Virus record (IMG/VR): IMGVR_UViG_3300000062_000468
DNA from: a virus
Length of the DNA stretch: 33,812 nucleotides
Strand: one strand, 5' to 3'
Both the position numbers and the translations under genes were made by a program. Numbering within the stretch: position 1 is the stretch's first letter; every line of letters starts with the position of its first letter. Positions 26,900-33,812 of the stretch are shown here, piece by piece. Under the pieces are notes generated by a model that was not told where the DNA came from, searched no databases, and saw only the letters and a program-made list of their open reading frames with translations.

Positions 26900-27077
26900 G
26901 CCAGAAGACAAGGATATGGATTATCAAAATATAGTGTATTGCCTCAATGGTAAATGTAAAGACGGTACTTGTATTAGACAAATGAAGTATGCACCCTTTG
27001 GGGTGAAATTAACAGCTGAAGCTTGTAGTCTGGATAAGAATGGTAAATGCAAAGAGAGAATAGGAGTTGATGATTGA
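26880..27077 (+). CDS. Small Cys-rich hypothetical protein
   Basis: 65 aa with 5 Cys; fills the operon gap. Confidence 0.65.
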   Translation: MIKRMGKPEDKDMDYQNIVYCLNGKCKDGTCIRQMKYAPFGVKLTAEACSLDKNGKCKERIGVDD

Positions 27078-27514
27078 TGATAGAAAGAAGAGTGTATCTT
27101 GCCGGCGGTGTAACTGGATTGAGTTTTCAGGAACAATCAGTATGGAGAATTAAAATGATGGGTGATTTATTTGCTGAATTAAGATGTAATGATGGTGTAT
27201 CTCGTCACGTTACAGTTGTAGACCCTGTAGAATTTTATGACTTTGAAGAGAAAAATTACGATACAGAAAAAGAAATTTTATTATTTGATTTAAACAAGGT
27301 TAGAAAAAGTGATTTGATTATTGTTAATTTTAATAATCCTGCATCACTAGGCACAATGAGTGAAGTTGCGATTGCTTGGGAACATCGCATTCCAATCTTA
27401 GGATTAAATGAAGATAATAGTGAACTACACCAATGGCAAATTGAAATGACCAGTAAGATGTTTGACAATACTGAAGATTTAACCCAATATGCTGTTAAGT
27501 ATTATTTGAGTTAA
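27074..27514 (+). CDS. Nucleoside 2-deoxyribosyltransferase / nucleotide N-glycosidase family protein
   Basis: VYLAG, DL..VRKSD, SLGTMSEVAIA, IPI. Confidence 0.85.
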   Translation: MMIERRVYLAGGVTGLSFQEQSVWRIKMMGDLFAELRCNDGVSRHVTVVDPVEFYDFEEKNYDTEKEILLFDLNKVRKSDLIIVNFNNPASLGTMSEVAIAWEHRIPILGLNEDNSELHQWQIEMTSKMFDNTEDLTQYAVKYYLS

Positions 27515-27532
27515 GAAGAGGAGACTAAAGAG

Positions 27533-27736
27533 ATTAAAGCTAGAAAGTTAAAAGAATTGGTAAATCAGTTACCTGATGATACTGAAATTCTAATGGGAAC
27601 AGAAGATGATAGGTTTGGAAGAAATAATTTAGACATAGAAAAGATAGTGAGAAAGAGTTATGAGTTTGACCAAGATAATTCATATTATCATGTTTTGGTT
27701 ATGAGAGGGTTAAGTAACGGTTGTTTGCTTAGATAG
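27533..27736 (+). CDS. Small hypothetical protein (67 aa, probable ATT start, not in the ORF track)
   Basis: SD GAGGAG 27518-27523; (M)KARKLKELVNQLPDDTEILMG...; TAG 27734-27736. Confidence 0.7.
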   Translation: MKARKLKELVNQLPDDTEILMGTEDDRFGRNNLDIEKIVRKSYEFDQDNSYYHVLVMRGLSNGCLLR

Positions 27737-27746
27737 GAGGACTGAT

Positions 27747-28943
27747 TTGTACGTTATTAAAAAAGATGGAACTAGAGAAAAATATCACGAACAAAAAATT
27801 ATCGAAGCGTGCACCAAATCAGCCAAACGAGCAATGGTTAAATTGTCTGACGATGATTACAAAAGTATATGTAATGGTGTATGGGATAAGTTGATTGAGG
27901 ACGACGTTGAGAGTGCTGATATTTATGATATGCACAATTATGTAGAAGCTACGCTTGAAGAATTATTCCCCCAAATTGCAGAATGCTACAGAGAATATCG
28001 CAACTATAAGAAAGACTTCATACATATGATGGACAAGGTGTATGAGGAGAGTCAAAAGATTCGGTATTTGGGGGATGTCAGCAATGCGAATACAGATAGT
28101 GCTTTGGTGGCAACTAAAAGAAGTTTGATTTATAACACATTGAATAGTGAATTATATAAAAAGTTTTTTCTATCGATAGATGAACGTCAGGCTGCGAAAG
28201 ATGGGTATATCTATATTCATGATAGAAGTGCAAGACTCGATACTCACAATTGTTGCAGCTTCCTTGTTGGGGATGTCATGAATGGCGGTTTCGAAATGGG
28301 TAATGTTTGGTATAACGAACCGAACACACTAGATACGGCATTTGATGTTATGGGAGATATCATAGTGAGTGCCGCAGCAATGCAATATGGAGGTTTCACA
28401 GTTCCTAGAGTGGATAGTATTTTAGCACCGTATGCTGAGAAAAGTTACAAAAAATACTGTGAAGAATATCATAATATAGTTAGAGGTTTGGATGTTGTAA
28501 TATATAAAAATGGCACAGAGACAATAAATTATGATGCTGACAAATATGCGATGGATAAAGTCAAACGAGAGTTTGAACAAGGTTGGCAAGGTATTGAATA
28601 CAAGCTAAATACAGTAGGCTCATCTCGTGGCGATTATCCATTTACAACTATGACATTTGGATTAGATACGACTACATTTGGCAAAATGGCTTCCATTACT
28701 TTCTTAGATGTTCACAAAAATGGACAAGGTAAGAAAGGGCAGAAAAAGCCAGTATTATTTCCGAAGCTAGTGTTCTTATATGATGAGAATTTACATGCTG
28801 AAGGAAAAGAAAACCATGATGTTTTTCTGGCTGGAATCGATTGTAGTATGAAAACTATGTATCCAGACTGGTTGAGTTTGACTGGTGAGGGGTATATATC
28901 TGATATGTATAAGAGGTATGGTGAAGTGATTAGTCCTATGGGT
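27747..28943 (+). CDS. nrdD: Anaerobic ribonucleoside-triphosphate reductase, exon 1
   Basis: ATP cone (VIKKDG), NAN, IYIHD, HNCC, QYGG, SSRGDYPF, FPKL; ends SPMG. Confidence 0.95.
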
Positions 28944-29795
28944 AAAATATTGCTCATATAAAACCTTGTGAACCATTTGTTTAATGGGTGTACATCTTAC
29001 GTTAGGAATTGTAGGAAATGACAATTAGAAGATGTGCTAACCGGGAAATCTTATCAAGTAATGTTGAAGGCAATCCGGTGCTAAACTTTAACGTATTCAT
29101 TCTTTGAAGAAAGGGTGAATATTTGGTAAAAGAAATAAAATATATAGAGGGGTTTAGTGACAGATACTCAATAAATACAGAGTGTATTATCATTGACCAT
29201 AAATACGAAAGACCTGTTTGTCAATGGGTAGATACTGTTGGATATTATCAATGTAATCTGTACGGTGAAAAGAAAAGATATAAAAGGGTTCATAGGTTGG
29301 TAGCCGAAGCTTTCATATCTAATCCACTAAATCTACCACAAGTAAATCATAAAGATGGTAATAAACTAAATAATAACATTGAAAACCTTGAATGGTGTAA
29401 CAATGCTGATAATACCCAACATGGGTATGATACAGGATTATACAAGTATAAGTCAAGGAGTCATGCTATTAATCTTTATGATAAACAAGGAAATTATATT
29501 ACTACATATAAATCCATTCGTAGCATGTGTGATGACATTGGATTGAACAGAAAAACGGTAACTATGATTTTAAAAAACGAAGAGGTAACTAACAATTATA
29601 ATTATTTGTTTGAATACGTTAAAGAGAGTCAAACGACTATCGAAAGTGTAGCTGTATAAAAACAGTGAGTAAATGAGTAGAGTACATCTGGAGATAAACG
29701 CCAGATGGAAGTGCAAGGCACGTTGAAGGTTTGGACAACCTGAGTGAAGATATAGTCTGAGTCAGTAACCAGTGTAGAAATACACATCTGACTTG
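28944..29795 (+). ncRNA. Group I self-splicing intron in nrdD (852 nt)
   Basis: Splits SPMG|CRAFL. Exon ends in U and pairs TATGGGT/GCTCATA (P1 with U.G); P3 CCTTGT/GCAAGG; P7 GACTA 29635-29639 with AAGATATAGTC 29747-29757; terminal G 29795. Confidence 0.93.
29123..29659 (+). CDS. Intron-encoded HNH homing endonuclease with a NUMOD1-like C-terminus
   Basis: VHRLVAEAFI.NP.NLPQVNHKDGNKLNN..ENLEWC; YDKQGNYITTYKSIR. Confidence 0.92.
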   Translation: MVKEIKYIEGFSDRYSINTECIIIDHKYERPVCQWVDTVGYYQCNLYGEKKRYKRVHRLVAEAFISNPLNLPQVNHKDGNKLNNNIENLEWCNNADNTQHGYDTGLYKYKSRSHAINLYDKQGNYITTYKSIRSMCDDIGLNRKTVTMILKNEEVTNNYNYLFEYVKESQTTIESVAV

Positions 29796-30755
29796 TGTAG
29801 GGCATTTTTAAGTCCGTGGTATAAAAGAGGTGGGATAAAACCAGCAGATGAAAACGACAAGCCAGTATACGAAGGTCGTTGGAACTGTGGTGCAATAAGT
29901 TTGCATTTACCAATGATTTATGCGAAAGCAGAACATGAGAATAGAGATTTTTATGAAGTGTTAGACGAATACTTGGAGTTGATTCGTGGATTGCATAAAA
30001 GAACATTTGATTATCTTGGTGAAATGAAAGCGTCAACTAATCCGTTAGCTTATTGTGAAGGTGGATTCTACGGTGGTCATTTAAAACCAGATGAGAAAAT
30101 CAAATCAATCCTTAAACCATCAACATTATCATTTGGTATTACAGCGTTAAATGAATTACAACAGCTATATAATGGGATATCTATTTATGAAGATGGTGAA
30201 TTTGCGTTAGAAGTAATGCAACATATTAATGATAAAATCGCAGAGTTCAAGCAAGAGGACGGATTACTGTACGCGATTTATGGGACACCTGGAGAAAGTT
30301 TATGTGGGTTACAAATTGAACAATTCAGAAAGAAATACGGAATTATCGAGAATGTATCTGATAGAGAATACGTGAGTAATAGTTTCCATTGTCATGTAAC
30401 TGAGGATATTACTTCTATTGAGAAACAGAATGCAGAGAAGCGTTTTTGGGATTTGTTTAATGGTGGGAAAATCCAATATGTAAGATATCCAGTTAACTAC
30501 AACAAACAAGCCGTGATTACATTAATAGAAAGGGCTATGAAATTAGGGTTCTACGAGGGGGTTAATCTTGAATTAGCCTATTGCGAAGATTGTGGTTACG
30601 AAGAACTAGAAATAGACGTTTGCCCTAAATGCAACAGCGATAATATTACTAGAATTTCGCGGATGATTGGCTATCTCGGATATACCAGAGTTCATGGTGA
30701 TAGTAGATATAATAAAGCCAAGATGGCTGAAATCTCAGAAAGGGTAAGCGTTTAG
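29796..30755 (+). CDS. nrdD: Anaerobic ribonucleoside-triphosphate reductase, exon 2 (718 aa spliced)
   Basis: CRAFL, GRWNCG, TPGESL, YVSNSFH, CEDC/CPKC and glycyl-radical loop RMIGYL. Confidence 0.95.
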   Translation, partial: CRAFLSPWYKRGGIKPADENDKPVYEGRWNCGAISLHLPMIYAKAEHENRDFYEVLDEYLELIRGLHKRTFDYLGEMKASTNPLAYCEGGFYGGHLKPDEKIKSILKPSTLSFGITALNELQQLYNGISIYEDGEFALEVMQHINDKIAEFKQEDGLLYAIYGTPGESLCGLQIEQFRKKYGIIENVSDREYVSNSFHCHVTEDITSIEKQNAEKRFWDLFNGGKIQYVRYPVNYNKQAVITLIERAMKLGFYEGVNLELAYCEDCGYEELEIDVCPKCNSDNITRISRMIGYLGYTRVHGDSRYNKAKMAEISERVSV

Positions 30756-30758
30756 TAA

Positions 30759-31277
30759 ATGAATTATCATAATATAGTACATGACGATATGAGTAATGGT
30801 GATGGTCTTAGAGTTACATTATTCGTATCTGGGTGTGAGCATGAATGTGACGGGTGTCATAATCCGCAGACGTGGAGTAGTGAGTCTGGTATACCATTTG
30901 ATGAGAAAGCCAAACAAGAAATTTTTGATAAATTAGGCAAAGATTATATTAGTGGAATTACTATTTCTGGAGGAGATCCTTTACATAGTTGTAATTTACC
31001 AGAATTATATTTTCTACTTAAAGATATCTTATTAGAATATCCAGATAAAACGGTTTGGTTATATACAGGATGTTCATGGGAAGATATACAGAATAACTGG
31101 GATAATAATATTTGTACAGCATCGAGAAAAGCAATTGTAGACTTAGTAAATGTTCTAGTGGATGGAAAGTTTGAGAGAGATAAAACAGATGTAAATTACA
31201 AATGGGCTGGTAGTAAAAATCAGAGAGTGATTGATGTGCAAAAGTCATTAAAATTAAATAAAGTAGTTTTGTATTAA
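30759..31277 (+). CDS. nrdG: Anaerobic RNR activating enzyme (radical SAM)
   Basis: NGDGLRVTLFVSGCEHECDGCHNP, SGGDPL, LVDG.F, GSKNQR. Confidence 0.96.
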   Translation: MNYHNIVHDDMSNGDGLRVTLFVSGCEHECDGCHNPQTWSSESGIPFDEKAKQEIFDKLGKDYISGITISGGDPLHSCNLPELYFLLKDILLEYPDKTVWLYTGCSWEDIQNNWDNNICTASRKAIVDLVNVLVDGKFERDKTDVNYKWAGSKNQRVIDVQKSLKLNKVVLY

Positions 31278-31301
31278 TTGATAATAGACATTTATAAAAT
31301 G

Positions 31302-31337
31302 ATTACAAGAGTAACTACCATAAGTTACTCTTGTAAT
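31302..31337. promoter_or_regulatory. Perfect 15-bp inverted repeat between nrdG and the integrase (terminator or operator)
   Basis: ATTACAAGAGTAACT-accata-AGTTACTCTTGTAAT. Confidence 0.65.
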
Positions 31338-31367
31338 ATATAGATTATAGAAGAGGTGATATATAGA

Positions 31368-32660
31368 TTGAATATAAGCAATAAAGAATATTTAAAAGAA
31401 GATATATTGAAATACGCATTAGACAATGGTATGATTGATGCTGACAATGTGTTATATAACATAGAATTAATGAAAAGAAGTGAAATACTAAAACAACATA
31501 ATTACAAAATATGGCAAGCATCTGATAAAAAATGGAAAACCTATGTGTTAGATACAACTAGATCCAATAACAGAAGATTAATTACGGCTACAACAGAAAA
31601 GATAGTAGAAGATAAAATAGTGTCTGATTACAAAATGAGAAATGATAAATCTCTAACATTTACATCAGTGTATAAACAATGGCTAAATTATGCTCATGGT
31701 AGCGGAGACATAACACAGGGTACAGTTGATAGGTATAATGTTGACTACAATAGATTTTTCAAAAACACGAAGTTTGCCGAAAGTAATATTACAAGATTTA
31801 GTGAGGGAGATATTATAAGATTTGTAAAAAGTATTGTTAATGGAAGACCTGAAGGTGATAAAATAGGAAACACCTGCTACTCCAATATAAAAAGTTTAAT
31901 ACGTGGTACATTTTTATATGCGAAAACAGAAAAGGAATTACCATGCGTAGCAATAACACATATCCTTCAAGATATTAAAATTTCCAAGAAGCAATTCAAA
32001 AAGAAATTGATTAGAGATTCTGAGCAAGTTTTTAATGAAGATGAGGTTGATTTATTGTCAGACTATATCTTAAACAACTACAAATCTACAAAAGAACTCG
32101 GTGTGTTGTTTACTCTACTGACAGGTTTGCGTATTGGTGAGCTTTCTACACTAAAATGCAAAGATAGGGAAGGTTTTAAACTGTATATACAGAGAACAGA
32201 AATCAGAGAAAAAGACAAGGGTGGACATCTTGTAATTAAGGTTAGAGATTACCCAAAGACAGAAGAAAGTATGAATGGTGTTGAATTGAGCAATGCTGCA
32301 ATTTATATTTTTGAATTAATTACAGAATTCAACTCAACTAATGGTATAAATAGTGAATGGTTGTTTCATCATGGTAATAAATTTGGAAGAATTAAGAGCA
32401 GGACATTCGATAAAACAATTAGAAGTCTGTGTAAGGAAGTTGAAATTCCAGTTCGTTCGATGCACAAACTAAGAAAGACATATGGTTCATTTCTATTTTC
32501 AAGTGGAGTAGAGGACAAAATAATACAATCACAACTTAGACATCGTAACATTACGACTAGCCATAAGTATTACGATTTCTCAGTGCGAAATAGTGAAAAC
32601 AAACGAAATCAACTAAATAAGGTGAAATTAACAAGCATAGAACAACATAGAGTAGGGTAA
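31368..32660 (+). CDS. int: Tyrosine recombinase / phage integrase
   Basis: TGLRIGE (R), PKT (K), HKLR (HxxR), LRH, KYY (Y); TTG start after SD GAGGTG. Confidence 0.95.
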   Translation: MNISNKEYLKEDILKYALDNGMIDADNVLYNIELMKRSEILKQHNYKIWQASDKKWKTYVLDTTRSNNRRLITATTEKIVEDKIVSDYKMRNDKSLTFTSVYKQWLNYAHGSGDITQGTVDRYNVDYNRFFKNTKFAESNITRFSEGDIIRFVKSIVNGRPEGDKIGNTCYSNIKSLIRGTFLYAKTEKELPCVAITHILQDIKISKKQFKKKLIRDSEQVFNEDEVDLLSDYILNNYKSTKELGVLFTLLTGLRIGELSTLKCKDREGFKLYIQRTEIREKDKGGHLVIKVRDYPKTEESMNGVELSNAAIYIFELITEFNSTNGINSEWLFHHGNKFGRIKSRTFDKTIRSLCKEVEIPVRSMHKLRKTYGSFLFSSGVEDKIIQSQLRHRNITTSHKYYDFSVRNSENKRNQLNKVKLTSIEQHRVG

Positions 32661-32674
32661 TCATAGGGTAATCA
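32653..32674 (+). repeat. Tandem 11-bp direct repeat, likely integrase arm-type sites
   Basis: TAGGGTAATCA twice, overlapping the integrase stop, about 70 bp from the att core. Confidence 0.75.
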
Positions 32675-32745
32675 AAAAAATGTAATAATAAAACTTGACG
32701 AACCCTTATAAATAGGGCAGTTCAAGCATAATAGCATGTAAAAAA

Positions 32746-32772
32746 TCACGGGTTCGACTCCCGTCGCTAGCT
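32746..32772 (+). other. att site: 3' fragment of a tRNA (T-arm plus acceptor 3' strand), probably tRNA-Thr
   Basis: ACGGG-TTCGACT-CCCGT, then CGCTAGC and discriminator T; no D or anticodon arm upstream. Isotype inferred only from the implied 5' GCTAGCG and U73. Confidence 0.85.
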
Positions 32773-32780
32773 TTGGATTA

Positions 32781-32825
32781 AAAATACCGTAATCTCAATG
32801 TTTTCAAGGGGTTGCGGTGTTTTTT
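32781..32825 (+). terminator. Terminator-like hairpin after the tRNA fragment
   Basis: ACCGTAATCTC/GGGGTTGCGGT stem followed by a T run. Confidence 0.65.
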
Positions 32826-32930
32826 GCATAAAAATAGCACCCAACCACGAACTAAGGTTCCAGTTGCACGCTGACTCGTAAGATGATACTATATTAGTTG
32901 AAAGCGGGTATATCTTACGAGATATATTCT

Positions 32931-32970
32931 AAGCCGTTCTAGTACGCCAATACTAGGGCGGTTTTATTTT
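32931..32970. terminator. Hairpin downstream of the minus-strand Ltp-domain gene
   Basis: AAGCCGTTCTAGTA-cgccaa-TACTAGGGCGGTTT followed by TATTTT. Confidence 0.6.
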
Positions 32971-32987
32971 GCTATTTTATGGTATTC

Positions 32988-33812
32988 TTAGTAACCAATA
33001 GAAGACACACCGTGTTCTGCTTGCGCCTGCGTGAATCCTTCGTATATTAGCTGCGCAAGTAATCCGTCGCGTGAAAAAGACATGATATCTATGTATTGCT
33101 GAGCTGATTTTGCTGCTTGCTCATTCCAGTCAGCACCGCAATTATCAACAGCATAAGTAGCGTCTTCGGTCGAGTAACCTTCATATTTCAATTGTTCGAT
33201 TAATCCACTACGAGAGAAAGTCAAAATTGAGAGATAGTCTTTTGCGGATTTTAGTGCGTTTGATTGACCCAAGCTTCCAGGTGTAGAAACGGGTGTTTGA
33301 TAATTAGGAATCCAAGCCCCATTAGCACCGACATAGTATAGCCCTATCCATTTGTTAGTAGCCATAGTTCCAGATGCTTCTAGGTAATAATCACCTTCCC
33401 AACGGTTAGCACTCATGGCTCCGCTTGGTTGAAGATGATACCAGGTACCACTAAGGTTAAGCCAACCAGTTGCCATGGCTCCGCTTGGCTGTAGGTAGTA
33501 CCATGAGCCACCAAGGTTAAGCCATCCAGTCGCCATTGCCCCACTTGGTTTTAAGTAGTACCATGAGCCACCAAGGTTGACCCAACCAGTAGCCATATAG
33601 CCATTAGCGTTAAAGTAATACCACTGACTGCCGATTAATTGCCATGAGCTACTAGGATAAGTGTTGTTGTCATTTTGATACCACCAGCCTTTAGCGTCTT
33701 GTCGCCAAGTACCAGCTTCGACAAGCTTAGTTGCTGATAGTGATAGTGTTGCTATTAATAGTAATAGCGATAATGTTTTACTAGCTCGTTTTAGAAATAA
33801 CTTCCCTTTCAT
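32988..33812 (-). CDS. Secreted protein: signal peptide, cell-wall (choline-binding-type) repeats and two Ltp-like HTH repeats
   Basis: VEA cleavage site; repeated GAMATGWLNLGGSWYYL units (60-bp tandem DNA repeats); ALKSAKDYL...FSRSGLIEQLKYEGYS and AAKSAQQYI...FSRDGLLAQLIYEGFT. Confidence 0.88.
   Translation of the reverse strand: MKGKLFLKRASKTLSLLLLIATLSLSATKLVEAGTWRQDAKGWWYQNDNNTYPSSSWQLIGSQWYYFNANGYMATGWVNLGGSWYYLKPSGAMATGWLNLGGSWYYLQPSGAMATGWLNLSGTWYHLQPSGAMSANRWEGDYYLEASGTMATNKWIGLYYVGANGAWIPNYQTPVSTPGSLGQSNALKSAKDYLSILTFSRSGLIEQLKYEGYSTEDATYAVDNCGADWNEQAAKSAQQYIDIMSFSRDGLLAQLIYEGFTQAQAEHGVSSIGY

Larger units (their letters stand above)
1..32772 (+). mobile_element. Prophage arm (large temperate phage, SPbeta-like gene order); left boundary lies outside the window
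   Basis: Dense co-oriented phage-type genes (own DnaE, primase, helicase, YopX, methyltransferases, nrdD/nrdG) ending in a tyrosine integrase, tandem repeats and a tRNA 3' fragment; strand and composition change after about 32772. Confidence 0.93.

Noticed and set aside
30660-30680. RMIGYL as an inactivated glycyl-radical motif
   Set aside because: The R, G and Y residues are intact and the residue before Gly varies among NrdD proteins, so there is no evidence of inactivation.
2648-32551. Minus-strand ORFs of the track within the prophage (e.g. 8528-8905, 16075-16572, 17701-18087, 29629-30036)
   Set aside because: They are antisense shadows of well-supported + strand genes, Ser/Leu/Phe/Ile-rich, with no recognisable motifs.
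32700-32772. Complete tRNA gene
   Set aside because: Only the T-arm and acceptor 3' strand exist; the upstream sequence cannot form D or anticodon arms.

Overview
AT-rich window. Bases 1 to about 32772 are the early/replication arm of a large temperate phage integrated as a prophage; its gene order resembles SPbeta-like phages, and the host is inferred to be Clostridia/Lachnospiraceae-like. All phage genes are on the + strand, in this order: an accessory region of small ORFs (1-6577); a replication core (SSB-like, AAA ATPase, DnaB, primase, PD-(D/E)XK nuclease, DnaE, RecD2; 6772-19141); two DNA methyltransferases and more accessory ORFs; a nucleotide-metabolism block (dUTPase, ThyX-like, guanylate kinase-like, NDT-like, nrdD split by a group I intron carrying an HNH gene, nrdG); a tyrosine integrase; and an att site made of a tRNA 3' end. 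Beyond att is a minus-strand gene for a secreted cell-wall-binding/Ltp-domain protein. The most notable unexplained signal is a family of 15 co-oriented 22-bp sites (8-bp arm, variable 6-bp spacer, 8-bp arm). They sit at accessory-gene junctions and divide the arm into cassette-like units. Other highlights: a shared double-palindrome leader before both methyltransferases, a G9 tract in the C5 methyltransferase, five probable AUU/AUA start codons, and a structural switch linking intron folding to HNH translation. All calls come from reading the sequence by eye; no database searches were run.
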